Assembly: GCA_043797665.1 (NCBI GenBank)
Contig: JAZDPL010000022.1
Span: 1 to 17,995 of the forward strand
DNA length: 17,995 nt
Direction of reading: 5' to 3'
Origin: Candidatus Omnitrophota bacterium
GTDB lineage: Bacteria > Ratteibacteria > UBA8468 > MWAK01
Shown one piece after another: positions 7,327-16,519 of this stretch. The notes under the pieces were generated by a model, which saw only the letters and a list, made by a program, of their open reading frames with translations, was not told where the DNA came from and did no database searches. The position numbers and the translations under genes were made by a program. Positions within the stretch are counted from its first letter, which is position 1. Each line of letters opens with the position of its first letter.

Positions 7327-7342
7327 CCTTCAGCCTTATTTA
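7307..7342. repeat. Perfect 36-bp palindrome spanning the DUF763 stop codon (possible terminator)
   Basis: TAAATAAGGCTGAAGGTT|AACCTTCAGCCTTATTTA: 18-bp arms with no spacer. The stop TAA is at 7324-7326. Confidence 0.9.
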
Positions 7343-7405
7343 TCCTGAGGCGTTTTTCGCCGAAGGATCTGAAAGATAGATTCTTCACTATCGTTCAGAA
7401 TGACA
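7342..7405. repeat. TGTC/GACA-tagged palindromic element, copy B (inverted relative to copy A, left tag missing)
   Basis: ATCCTGAGGCGTTTTTCGCCGAAGGATCT..AGATTCTTCACTATCGTTCAGAATGACA. Both arms are homologous to the reverse complement of 18-84. Confidence 0.85.
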
Positions 7406-7448
7406 GAAAGCGAAGGGCTCAGAAGGGCACATACAAAAGAGAGGTGAG

Positions 7449-8402
7449 ATGCGTGTACTAATTGCAGGAGGGGCGGGATTTATCGGAAGTCACCTCTGCG
7501 GATTTTATTGCAGACAGGGTGCAGAGGTCATCTGCCTGGATAACTTTATCACCGGCCGGCAGAAGAATATCCGGCATTTACGGAATCAGAAGAAGTTTAC
7601 CTTCCAGAAGGTAGACGTAACCAAAACCCTGCCGAAGTTTAAAGGAAAAGTAGACCGCGTCTACCATTTAGCCTCACCAGCCAGCCCGGTGGATTATCAG
7701 AGGTTTCCCCTGGAAACCCTGAAGGTGGGTTCGGTAGGCACGGAAAACCTTTTACGGCTTGCCCTGGAGAAGGAAGCGGTCTTCGTTTTAGCGTCCACCA
7801 GCGAAATCTACGGCGAGCCCCTGGTTCATCCGCAAAGAGAGGATTACTGGGGTAACGTCAATTCGGTTGGACCACGCAGTGTCTACGACGAAAGTAAAAG
7901 GTTTGCGGAAGCGATTACCACCGCCTACTGCCGTAAGGAAGGCTTGAAAGCAGGTATTGCCCGTATCTTCAACACCTACGGCCCGCGTCTCCGGTTGGAC
8001 GACGGCCGGGTCGTACCAAATTTCATCTGTCAGGCGATAAAAAACGAACCGGTAACCGTCTACGGTAAAGGCACGCAGACCCGGAGCCTCTGTTATGTCT
8101 CTGACCTGGTAAGAGGGCTGGTACGATTAGCAGAAAATGCACAAAAATCAAAGGAATCGTATTCCGTGGTAAATTTAGGGAACCCGGAGGAGATAACGGT
8201 ATTGAACTTAGCAAAAAAAGTCGTCTCACTCTGTGATTCCAGGAGTAAAATCGTCTTTAAACCTTTACCGGAGGACGACCCGACCCGGAGGTGTCCGGAT
8301 ATTTCCCGGGCAAAGAAGTTATTAGGCTGGGAACCGGAGATAGGAATGGAGGAGGGACTGAAAATAACCATTGCCTGGTTCCGGAAACAAAATTATCATT
8401 GA
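7449..8402 (+). CDS. UDP-glucuronate decarboxylase (UDP-xylose synthase)-like SDR
   Basis: 317 aa. GGAGFIGSHL, HLASPASP, ASTSEIYG, YWGNVN, YDESKR, RIFNTYGPR, DGRVVPNF and DDPTRRCPDI. RBS GAGGTG upstream. Confidence 0.9.
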   Translation: MRVLIAGGAGFIGSHLCGFYCRQGAEVICLDNFITGRQKNIRHLRNQKKFTFQKVDVTKTLPKFKGKVDRVYHLASPASPVDYQRFPLETLKVGSVGTENLLRLALEKEAVFVLASTSEIYGEPLVHPQREDYWGNVNSVGPRSVYDESKRFAEAITTAYCRKEGLKAGIARIFNTYGPRLRLDDGRVVPNFICQAIKNEPVTVYGKGTQTRSLCYVSDLVRGLVRLAENAQKSKESYSVVNLGNPEEITVLNLAKKVVSLCDSRSKIVFKPLPEDDPTRRCPDISRAKKLLGWEPEIGMEEGLKITIAWFRKQNYH

Positions 8403-8405
8403 TAA

Positions 8406-8567
8406 CCGCACCGCCAGGCAGTTTTCTGAGCGGGTGTCGTGAAGCCAAGCGGGCATGGTTTCGCCGACAAACTCGTCGGCGAAGAGCGCGGCTGAGCGTC
8501 AAGTGCAGCAAGCCACGCTGGGGCTTGCAAACGTCCCGCGAAGAAAAGCTGGCTGGAACAGGTGCGG
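8406..8567. other. 162-bp GC-rich intergenic element with nested inverted repeats (structured RNA or MITE-like)
   Basis: Pairs CCGCACC/GGTGCGG, CCAG/CTGG, CAGTTTTCT/AGAAAA(G)CTG, GCGGG/CCCGC, AAGCC/GGCTT, AGCG/CGCT and GGC/GCC, plus hairpin TTCGCCGAC-AAACTC-GTCGGCGAA. Confidence 0.7.
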
Positions 8568-8579
8568 AAAGGAGCAGAG

Positions 8580-9926
8580 ATGGAAGAGTATAACGTAGTA
8601 ATCTTAGGCGCGGGGCCGGGCGGGTATGTGGCGGCCATCCGCAGCGCTCAATTGGGACTTAAGACCGCGGTCATTGAGAAGGACGCAGTAGGCGGTACCT
8701 GCCTGAACCGGGGCTGTATCCCAACCAAATGTTTATCCGACCTCAGCCATACCCTGGAAAAGACCAGAAAGTCTGCCAGCCAGGGCATATCCTTCGGAAA
8801 TCCGGAGATAAAGATGCCCGAGGTGGTCGCCTGGAAGAATAAGGTGGTCACCAACCTCCGTAACGGTATTATGTACCTTCTTAAGAGTAACGGGGTTACC
8901 CTTATTCCGGGCGAAGGCAAATTACTTGCTTCCGAGGTGGTAAAGGTTGGCGACCAGGAAATTAAAGCGGAAACCATTATCCTGGCAACCGGTTCCGTAC
9001 CAGCCAGACCCAAGGCATTTCCTTTCGGCGACGGGAAGTATATTACCTCGGATGAGATTTTGAATCTGGACCGGATTCCGGAAAGTTTAGCCATCGTCGG
9101 AGGCGGGGCTATCGGCTGTGAGTTTGCCTCTATCTTCCATTCCTTCGGCAGTAAAGTCACCGTTTACGAAATGCTTCCCCATCTTCTGCCGATTGAGGAC
9201 TCGGAGGTGGGCAGAACCCTGGAGCGTTCTTTCAAAAAACGCGGGATAGAGGTGGTGGTGGGACGAGCAGCGGATAAGGCTGAATTGGATAAGTCGGAAA
9301 TGGTCCTGGTGGCGATTGGACGCCGGTCCAATACCGGTGAGATTGGACTGGAAGAGTCCGGGGTGGTTGTGGATGAAAAGGGGTTCGTGAAGACCGACGA
9401 TAGACTTCAGACCAGCCTTAAGAATATCTACGCCATCGGCGACATCTCCGGCAAGGGTCTTCTGGCTTATTTAGCCAGCGAGCAGGGTATCGCGGTGGTG
9501 GAAGGACTGAAAGGAACACACCGCGCCATCCACTATCAGTTTATCCCCTCCTGCGTCTTTACTTCACCGGAGGTAGGTACCTTTGGTCTGACTGAAGATA
9601 AGATTGCCGATAAGAAAGGCGATTTCTTCATCGGCAAGTTCCCCTTTACCGCGTTGGGCAAAGCACACTGCATCAACGAGACCGAAGGGTTTGTCAAGAT
9701 AATCGCGGAAAAAGAAACCGGCCGGATTGTGGGCGGGCAGATAATCGGACCCTCGGCTACCGACCTGATTCACATCGTCAGTACCGCAGCGGCCGGAGAG
9801 GGGACTGTCGAGAGTGTGGTGGAAGCGGTCTTCGGACACCCCACCCTGGCTGAGAGCGTAAAAGAGGCAATGGAAGATGTCCTGGGCCGCGCCATCCACC
9901 TGCCTAAAAAAATAGTCCCTGTTTAA
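8580..9926 (+). CDS. lpdA: Dihydrolipoyl dehydrogenase
   Basis: 448 aa from ATG 8580 (RBS AAAGGAG 8568-8574). GAGPGGYVAA, redox disulfide GGTCLNRGCIPTK, GGGAIGCE, IYAIGD and HPTLAE. Confidence 0.93.
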   Translation: MEEYNVVILGAGPGGYVAAIRSAQLGLKTAVIEKDAVGGTCLNRGCIPTKCLSDLSHTLEKTRKSASQGISFGNPEIKMPEVVAWKNKVVTNLRNGIMYLLKSNGVTLIPGEGKLLASEVVKVGDQEIKAETIILATGSVPARPKAFPFGDGKYITSDEILNLDRIPESLAIVGGGAIGCEFASIFHSFGSKVTVYEMLPHLLPIEDSEVGRTLERSFKKRGIEVVVGRAADKAELDKSEMVLVAIGRRSNTGEIGLEESGVVVDEKGFVKTDDRLQTSLKNIYAIGDISGKGLLAYLASEQGIAVVEGLKGTHRAIHYQFIPSCVFTSPEVGTFGLTEDKIADKKGDFFIGKFPFTALGKAHCINETEGFVKIIAEKETGRIVGGQIIGPSATDLIHIVSTAAAGEGTVESVVEAVFGHPTLAESVKEAMEDVLGRAIHLPKKIVPV

Positions 9927-11104
9927 TGAAAAAGTCTTTTTTGCTTATTACCGAGGAAACCATACCGCCGGTCCAGCGTTTTTCGCTAACCGAACGTCTG
10001 GCGGAGGTACTCTCGGAAATACCGGATGTTAAGGTACACCTGGTTGCGGTTGGTGCCAATCAGAAACCAGGTACAGGCAAAGTTTATTTTCACGGAATTA
10101 CCATCCGGAACTGGAGCCTTTTTAACTTGATTAAACGTGCGGAAGCTAACTTAAAATTGCTTGCTTCGGCCATTTGGACTGTCCGGAAATACCGGGTTTC
10201 TTTTATTCACGGATGGTGGCCCATAGCCTTTCTCACCGCCAAGTTAACCGGTCGCCCTTACGCAGTGGATATGCCTGAATTCATTGAAGAGATGTACCGT
10301 AGTTTTAATCAGCCGTTCTACAAAATAGTCCGCTTGATTCTGCGTCGGTTTCAATTAACGGTTGCCACCGGAAGCCGTTTGGTAATAGTAGAATCGCAAT
10401 TGGCGGCAGATGAGTGGCATAGAAGAAAGAAAACTTTAGATGCTACCCGGATACAGGTAATCCCTTATGGGGTAGATACCGAATTCTTCTTAAAAGGCGA
10501 AGGCCAATCCATCCGGCAACGATTCGGACTTTCTAAAGACGAAATCATCGTTGTCTACCACGGTGACATTGGATATGACGATGGGGTCGACGTTCTTCTG
10601 GAAGCAGCCAAAGATTTACCGCTTATCGTGGCTATTGTCGGAGAAGGTCCAAGGTCTCTGATGAACCGCCTCCGTAAAATGGCCGGACCAGGAACAATAT
10701 TTACCGGGTGGTTACCTTACCTTCAGATGCCCTCGGTATTGTCGGCGGCGGACATTTGCTGTGCACCCTTTCGTTCCACCCGCTACACTAACACTACTTT
10801 TCCCTTAAAAATAATGGAAAGCATGGCCGCAGGTCGTGCTACCGTGTGTTCCAGAATCACCGCCCTTGCTTCGGTAGTCAAAGACCGCCAGGAAGTATTC
10901 CTGGTAAAACCCGGTGACGTAACGGCTCTACGCGGTGCCCTTCTGGAACTGGCTCACGATTCCCAATTAAGGCAGAAAATCAGCCAAGCCGGTCAAGCCA
11001 GAGCTTTTGCTATATTTGACTGGCGACTAAGAACGAGCAAAGAGACGGCTATCTTGATAAATCTTGCAAACCCTTCGGCAGGAATCAGGTGGGAGAAAAG
11101 ATGA
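9926..11104 (+). CDS. Glycosyltransferase family 4 (GT-B)
   Basis: 392 aa. VIPYGVDTEFF, IFTGWLPY, ADICCAP, FPLKIMESMAAGRATV, LVKPGDV and FDW. TAATG overlap with lpdA. Confidence 0.88.
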   Translation: MKKSFLLITEETIPPVQRFSLTERLAEVLSEIPDVKVHLVAVGANQKPGTGKVYFHGITIRNWSLFNLIKRAEANLKLLASAIWTVRKYRVSFIHGWWPIAFLTAKLTGRPYAVDMPEFIEEMYRSFNQPFYKIVRLILRRFQLTVATGSRLVIVESQLAADEWHRRKKTLDATRIQVIPYGVDTEFFLKGEGQSIRQRFGLSKDEIIVVYHGDIGYDDGVDVLLEAAKDLPLIVAIVGEGPRSLMNRLRKMAGPGTIFTGWLPYLQMPSVLSAADICCAPFRSTRYTNTTFPLKIMESMAAGRATVCSRITALASVVKDRQEVFLVKPGDVTALRGALLELAHDSQLRQKISQAGQARAFAIFDWRLRTSKETAILINLANPSAGIRWEKR

Positions 11105-12537
11105 AAGTGATGTTGATTGAACCGCCAGCACCCGGTGGTGCCGGAATTATCCGGCAGTTGGGGAGCATGGGTTCGGCCAAGGCGGATATTGTCTGGCCAC
11201 CTTATGATTTACAGATTCTGGCCGGTTGTCTAAAAAAGGAGGGGCACGGGTTTCAATTTTGTGACGCCGTAGCGGAAGGAATCTCTTTCAGGGAAGTTAC
11301 CCGCCGCATCCAAAACTACCGGCCTGATGCGGTTGCCTTTACGATAACTTTCCCCTCTCTGGAGAACGACGTTAAGACCGCTGACTGTGCCAAAAATGTT
11401 TCTCCGGAGATTAAAACGATAGCCATTAATATCGCCATAGGTTTCATCCCGAAACAGGACCAGCTGATAAAAAACCTCCCCTCATTGGATATACTACCTC
11501 ACGCTGAGTGTGAAGAACCCCTGATGGAATGGCTCCGTAACGGCTTAAATCCTGAAAAAGTGCCGGGCATCCGGTACCGGGATGGAAGCGGTAATATTGT
11601 CTTTAACCAGGCAACCCAGAAGACGATGGAAATGGACAATTGGGGAGTTCCAATCCATGAAGGGCTTCCGCTAAGTAAATATCGGGACCCCCTGATGAAG
11701 AAAGCACCAATGACCATTGTCAATGCTTCCAGGGGATGTATAAATCAGTGTATTCACTGTCCGTCTGTCTTCCAGAAACCGCTTCGTTACCGCAGCGTGG
11801 AGAATGTTCTCCAGGAATTAAAAGATGTAGTGCATCTTGGAGTAAAGGAGATCAAATTTTTTGATTGCGGCCTGACCAATAATCCAGACTGGGTAGCAGG
11901 GATGTGCGCAGAAATGCTTCGTCATTCGTTGAACCTCTCCTGGAACTGCAATTCCCGGGCAGACAAACTCACCCCTAAACTTCTCAACCTAATGAAGAAG
12001 GCCGGCTGCCACACTATTTCCATCGGTTGCGAAAGCGCTGACCCGCAAATCCTAAAAGCGATGGCTAAGAACGAAACCATAGAGGAAATTTCCGCCGGGA
12101 TACGAATGACCAAGGAAGCTGGAATACGGGTACTAATGTATTTTACCCTGGGTCTGCCGGGTGAGACGGTGGAGACGATAAAAAATACCATTGCCTTTGC
12201 CAAACGTATGGCGCCGGATTTTGTTACTTTCGGACTGGTGGTTCCCACGCCGGGAACAGAATTCTACGATTATCTTGTAAAACATAACTATCTGGATAGA
12301 GAAAGAACGTTTTCCTCGTATGACCCCAACGCTGTCCCACCCTTTAACTACCCGGGTCTTCCGGCAATAACCTTAAAGTCAATGGCTATGGAAGGCTACC
12401 GCTCTTTTTACCTCAGGCCCGGTTATGTCGTTCAACGTATCATTCGCTTAAGAAATCCACAGGACCTAATGCGTAACGCCAGAAACTTTCTCAAGGTTTT
12501 CCAGCGGTATGTTTTGGAAAGACCGGGGACGTCTTAG
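11101..12537 (+). CDS. B12-binding domain radical SAM protein (1 of 3)
   Basis: 478 aa from ATG 11101 (ATGA overlap). SRGCINQCIHC, FFD, IGCESAD, GLPGET and PTPGTEFY, with an N-terminal cobalamin-binding-type domain. Confidence 0.88.
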   Translation: MKVMLIEPPAPGGAGIIRQLGSMGSAKADIVWPPYDLQILAGCLKKEGHGFQFCDAVAEGISFREVTRRIQNYRPDAVAFTITFPSLENDVKTADCAKNVSPEIKTIAINIAIGFIPKQDQLIKNLPSLDILPHAECEEPLMEWLRNGLNPEKVPGIRYRDGSGNIVFNQATQKTMEMDNWGVPIHEGLPLSKYRDPLMKKAPMTIVNASRGCINQCIHCPSVFQKPLRYRSVENVLQELKDVVHLGVKEIKFFDCGLTNNPDWVAGMCAEMLRHSLNLSWNCNSRADKLTPKLLNLMKKAGCHTISIGCESADPQILKAMAKNETIEEISAGIRMTKEAGIRVLMYFTLGLPGETVETIKNTIAFAKRMAPDFVTFGLVVPTPGTEFYDYLVKHNYLDRERTFSSYDPNAVPPFNYPGLPAITLKSMAMEGYRSFYLRPGYVVQRIIRLRNPQDLMRNARNFLKVFQRYVLERPGTS

Positions 12538-12561
12538 GGGTTGCCTTAAACAAAACAAGAA

Positions 12562-13959
12562 ATGAGTAGCCGTCTGCGAATGGTCTTGTTAAATCCTCCG
12601 TTTCCGTATTATGCTTCCAGCCAACCTCCCCTGGGATTGGCTTATTTAGCCGCTGTTTCCAAAATGAAGGGTGTTGACGTCAAAATCATTGATGCCCATA
12701 CAGAAAAATTGTCTTTGAAAGAGATTACCGGAAGAATCCTTGAATATAAACCTGAGCTCTTAGGGATAACCATGTCTACCCCTGTTTTTGACATCGCGGT
12801 CAAAATTAGTGAAGCGGTCAAAAGGGAGATTCCGGTCTTTATCCTGGCGGGCGGACCACATCCTTCTACATTACCCGAAGAGACGTTGGGTTCCGGAGCT
12901 ATAGATGTTGTCTGCCGGGGCGAAGGCGAAGAGACTCTGGCGGAAGTTTTCGATTATTTCCTCAAGGGAAAACCATTAGAAAAAATATCGGGAATCAGTT
13001 TCTTGAATAAGGGTGATTTTGTTTCAACCCAGGACCGTCCACCAATAAACAATTTAGATAACCTGCCTTTTCCTTGCTGGGATGGTTTCCCTTTAGAGAG
13101 ATACTCCAGTCCGGCCAGAAAGATGAATTTGTCCCTTCCCATTATGACCTCCAGAGGCTGTCCCGCGAAATGTTATTTTTGCTACAAGGGAATTTTTGGC
13201 TCTCAATATCGATTCCGGAGCCCCCGGAACGTAGTCAACGAAATAGTCTACCTGAAAAACAGATGTCACATTCAGGAATTCGGCATTATTGACGATAATT
13301 TCAGCCTGCTTAACAAAAGAAGCGAAGAAATCTGCAATCTTATTATTGATAGAAAACTGAATCTTCCCTGGAGCCTTCCTAACGGAATCAGGGCTTCTCC
13401 TCTCTCGGAAAATCTATTCGGGCTTATGAAGAAAAGTGGTTGCTATAGAGTGTTTGTCGGTGTTGAAACCGGAGACGAACAGATCTTAAAGAGGATTAAT
13501 AAAGGTATCACTCTGAAGCAGGCAGAAGAGGCGGTAAGGTTAGCCCGGAAAGCAGGACTGGAAGTAGGCGCCTTTTTCATGATTGGCAACTTAGGAGAAG
13601 ACGAGAAAAAAATAGACAAAACTATCGAGTTTTCCCTCCATCTGAATCCTGACTTTTCCCAGTTTACCATCGCCACTCCTTATCCGGGGACAGTATTTTA
13701 CGAAACAATAAAAAGAGAAGGAAGGTTTCTTTTTGAAAAATGGGAAGAATTGGGTACGTACGAAAAGGCTGTCTTTGAACATGGAAATCTAACCGCTGAC
13801 TTAATAAACAGGAAGTTCAGGGAATCTTACCGGAGATTCTATTTAAGACCAAAATTTATTATCAGGAAGATTAAAGGGATTAAAAGATTAAAAGATATTA
13901 AAAATCTTCTTTCCGGATTCTCCGTCTTTATTAAACTGGAAACAAAAAAATCAACATGA
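12562..13959 (+). CDS. B12-binding domain radical SAM protein (2 of 3), class B methyltransferase-like
   Basis: 465 aa. PPLGLAYLAA, GGPHPS, GEGEET, TSRGCPAKCYFC, DDNF, GVETG and PYPGT. Confidence 0.92.
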   Translation: MSSRLRMVLLNPPFPYYASSQPPLGLAYLAAVSKMKGVDVKIIDAHTEKLSLKEITGRILEYKPELLGITMSTPVFDIAVKISEAVKREIPVFILAGGPHPSTLPEETLGSGAIDVVCRGEGEETLAEVFDYFLKGKPLEKISGISFLNKGDFVSTQDRPPINNLDNLPFPCWDGFPLERYSSPARKMNLSLPIMTSRGCPAKCYFCYKGIFGSQYRFRSPRNVVNEIVYLKNRCHIQEFGIIDDNFSLLNKRSEEICNLIIDRKLNLPWSLPNGIRASPLSENLFGLMKKSGCYRVFVGVETGDEQILKRINKGITLKQAEEAVRLARKAGLEVGAFFMIGNLGEDEKKIDKTIEFSLHLNPDFSQFTIATPYPGTVFYETIKREGRFLFEKWEELGTYEKAVFEHGNLTADLINRKFRESYRRFYLRPKFIIRKIKGIKRLKDIKNLLSGFSVFIKLETKKST

Positions 13960-15398
13960 GGATTCTGATTTTAAATCCGGCGTTCGGAAAGCAGTTTTGT
14001 AAATCCGCCCGGTGGTTTGCCAAATCAAGGGGAAGGGTCCAGAGGCATCCGGACTACCTCTGCACCGCCATCGCGGTCATGGAACAGGCCGGTAATCAGT
14101 GCGGATTTTCGGACGGCGCCGCCCGAAACGTATCTTTTGAAGAAACAAGAAAAATCGTCAAAGATTTCTCTCCGGAGATGGTGGTAATTCAGGCAACCAC
14201 GCCATCCATCTATTCTGACCTTAATTACAGCCGGATGTGCAAAGAAGCGGCAGGCAAAGGTTGTCTTACGGTTATGGTGGGAGCGCATCCGAGCGCGGAA
14301 CCGGAAGATACCTTGGCGAAAGCCGAGGGCGGCCTGGACGTTGTCAGCCGGGGAGAATATGATTATACCCTGAAAGAGATTGCGGACGGCAAGACCCTCT
14401 CTGAAATTCCGGGGATTTCTTATTTTAAGGACGGAACTATTATTCATAACCCTGCCCGGCCGTTGCTGGAGAACCTTGATGGACTTCCCTTCCCTGCCTG
14501 GCATTACATTTCACCCTATGACTACCCGGACTCCGGTAAGTTGTACCCGTTCATCACGCTTATCAGCGGACGGGGCTGTGACGCTGCCTGCACCTTCTGT
14601 CTCTTTACGCAGGTAATGTACGGCCGGAGATACCGGTATCAGAGCCCGGAAAGGGTGGCATCTGAGATTGAGTATGACTTACGGCTCTTCCCTTTTTTAA
14701 AAGAGGTTATGTTTGAAGACGACACCTTTACGCTCAAAAAGCACCGGGAAAGAACGGTACGGATATGCGAAGAGATGTTGAAGCGTAATATCCGTATTGC
14801 CTGGAGCGCCAACGCCAGACCGGACCTTACGGAAATGGAGGTCTTAAAAGCTATGAAACGCTCCGGATGCCGGATGCTGGTAGTCGGCTTTGAGTTTGGC
14901 AACCAGGAATTGCTTGACCGGGTAAGAAAAGGCATAGAATTAGAACAGATGCAGTTGTTCAGTGAAAACTGCCGGAAGGCGGGCATCAGAATCCACGGCT
15001 GTTTTATGATTGGCGGGCCCGGAGAAACCCGAAAGACCGCTCGGGAAACAATCCGGTTTGCCCAACGGATTAAGATTGATACCGCCCAGTTCAGCGGTCT
15101 CTGTCCCTACCCGGGCACCGAGTTTTACCGATGGTGCAAAGAGAACGGCTACCTGGTACCCCGGGACTGGCCGGACTGGGTAGATAAAAACCTGGAACAG
15201 AAGGCAATCGTATCGTATCCCCAACTTCCGGTGGAGGAAATCAACCGGCTGGTTGACCGGGGACTGAAAAGTTTTTACCTCCGGCCGCAGCAGATGTTGA
15301 TTATGCTCAGAAACCTTTCTTCTCTGTCTGATTTAAAGACGAAATTTTATGGGTTAAAGGGTTTTCTGGGTTACTTCTGGCGCAAAAAATCAAAATGA
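13956..15398 (+). CDS. B12-binding domain radical SAM protein (3 of 3), HpnJ-like
   Basis: 480 aa. VGAHPS, GEYDYT, GRGCDAACTFC, FEDDTF, WSANAR, VGFEFG and PYPGTEFY. ATGA overlap. Confidence 0.9.
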   Translation: MRILILNPAFGKQFCKSARWFAKSRGRVQRHPDYLCTAIAVMEQAGNQCGFSDGAARNVSFEETRKIVKDFSPEMVVIQATTPSIYSDLNYSRMCKEAAGKGCLTVMVGAHPSAEPEDTLAKAEGGLDVVSRGEYDYTLKEIADGKTLSEIPGISYFKDGTIIHNPARPLLENLDGLPFPAWHYISPYDYPDSGKLYPFITLISGRGCDAACTFCLFTQVMYGRRYRYQSPERVASEIEYDLRLFPFLKEVMFEDDTFTLKKHRERTVRICEEMLKRNIRIAWSANARPDLTEMEVLKAMKRSGCRMLVVGFEFGNQELLDRVRKGIELEQMQLFSENCRKAGIRIHGCFMIGGPGETRKTARETIRFAQRIKIDTAQFSGLCPYPGTEFYRWCKENGYLVPRDWPDWVDKNLEQKAIVSYPQLPVEEINRLVDRGLKSFYLRPQQMLIMLRNLSSLSDLKTKFYGLKGFLGYFWRKKSK

Positions 15399-15406
15399 CC
15401 TAAAAT

Positions 15407-15437
15407 GGATTCCCGCTAAAGACATGCGGGAATGACA
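15407..15437. repeat. GACA-tagged single hairpin (dRS3/CGTC-REP-like)
   Basis: GG-ATTCCCGC-TAAAGACAT-GCGGGAAT-GACA. Shares the GAATGACA end with the elements at 18-84, 7342-7405 and 17667-17709. Confidence 0.75.
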
Positions 15438-15469
15438 GGGACTTCACTGAATATTTGACGACTAAACTT

Positions 15470-16519
15470 ATGAAGGTTTCCATAGTTATTCCGGCGTATA
15501 ATGCGGAACGGACGCTCGGTGAAGTAATTACGGGTTGTTTAAACCAGGACTACCCTGCTCTGTGTAGGGGTCGGATTTATCCGACCCGCGGGTTCGATGA
15601 ATCGAACCCCTACAATAAAGAAAAGATAGAGATTATTGTAGTTGACGATGGCTCCACTGATAACACCGGAAAGGTAGCCAAAGAATATCCGGTAAAGTAC
15701 ATCCGCCAGGAGAAAGGAGGACCGGCCAAAGCACGGAACACCGGCTTCCGGCTTGCCCGGGGAGAAATCATCTGTTTTATAGATTCGGATTGCATCCCGC
15801 CGCAAGACTGGCTCAGCCGGCTGACGGAAAATTTCACCGGAGAAGAGGTTGGTGGGTGCGGCGGTTCGTATGATATCATTAATAAGGAATCCCTGGTGGC
15901 TTCCTGTATCCAGCAGGATATCCTTTATCGGCATGACCGGATACCCAGGGAATGCCTGTTTTTAGGCTCTTACAACGTGGCTTTCCGGAAAAAGGTCCTG
16001 GAGGAAACCGAAGGGTTCAATGAAGAGTATATGATAGCCAGCGGCGAAGACAACGACCTTTCGTATAAAATTATCAAAAAAGGATATAAACTCATCTTTG
16101 ACAAAGAGAATAAGGTGGGACACCGGCATCCGGCAACTCTCCGGAAATTTCTCAAACAGCAGTTCTGGCGGGCTTTCTGGCGGATGAAACTGTACCGGAG
16201 CCATCCGGATATGGTTAAGGGAGACAACTACAGCAACCTCGCCGACTATATTCAGCCACCCTTATTTCTCTTCCTCGTTATTCTTCTCCCTTTCGTGAAG
16301 ATTCATCCGGCGAGAATCTGGCTCTTTATCCTGACAATCTCCGGTCTCGTCTTGCAATTACCGGCAGCCATTTCGGCAATTAAACGAACAAAGGGAAATA
16401 GGCATTTAGCCATCATACCCTTAAACTTCTTAAGGGGGTTCGTCTGGGCCGGAGGTATGTCTGCGGGAACATTCACCTTTTTCTCAAAAGTATTCTTAAG
16501 ATATGGCAGAAAAAGATAG
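15470..16519 (+). CDS. Glycosyltransferase family 2 with C-terminal membrane helices and an in-frame REP-derived insertion
   Basis: 349 aa from ATG 15470. VSIVIPAYN, IIVVDDGSTD, GPAKARNTG, FIDSD, GEDNDL and QQFWR, followed by a hydrophobic C-terminus. Confidence 0.92.
   Translation: MKVSIVIPAYNAERTLGEVITGCLNQDYPALCRGRIYPTRGFDESNPYNKEKIEIIVVDDGSTDNTGKVAKEYPVKYIRQEKGGPAKARNTGFRLARGEIICFIDSDCIPPQDWLSRLTENFTGEEVGGCGGSYDIINKESLVASCIQQDILYRHDRIPRECLFLGSYNVAFRKKVLEETEGFNEEYMIASGEDNDLSYKIIKKGYKLIFDKENKVGHRHPATLRKFLKQQFWRAFWRMKLYRSHPDMVKGDNYSNLADYIQPPLFLFLVILLPFVKIHPARIWLFILTISGLVLQLPAAISAIKRTKGNRHLAIIPLNFLRGFVWAGGMSAGTFTFFSKVFLRYGRKR
15563..15614. repeat. GTAG-tagged REP doublet, intragenic in-frame copy
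   Basis: T-GTAG-GGGTCGGAT-TT-ATCCGACCC-GC-GGGTTCGAT-GA-ATCGAACCC-CTAC-A, translated as CRGRIYPTRGFDESNPY inside the GT2. Confidence 0.92.

Noticed and set aside
8406..8567. tRNA, SRP RNA, 6S RNA or a known riboswitch
   Set aside because: No cloverleaf or T-loop, no SRP GNRA domain IV motif and no aptamer consensus recognised. 6S cannot be excluded without a covariance search.
8291..8593. 100-aa plus-strand ORF and nearby minus-strand ORFs crossing the SDR-lpdA gap
   Set aside because: They overlap both real genes and have Arg/Ala-rich composition explained by the GC-rich structured element.
13956..15398. Assigning hpnJ or hopanoid biosynthesis
   Set aside because: Only family-level resemblance, and no other hpn or shc genes in the window.
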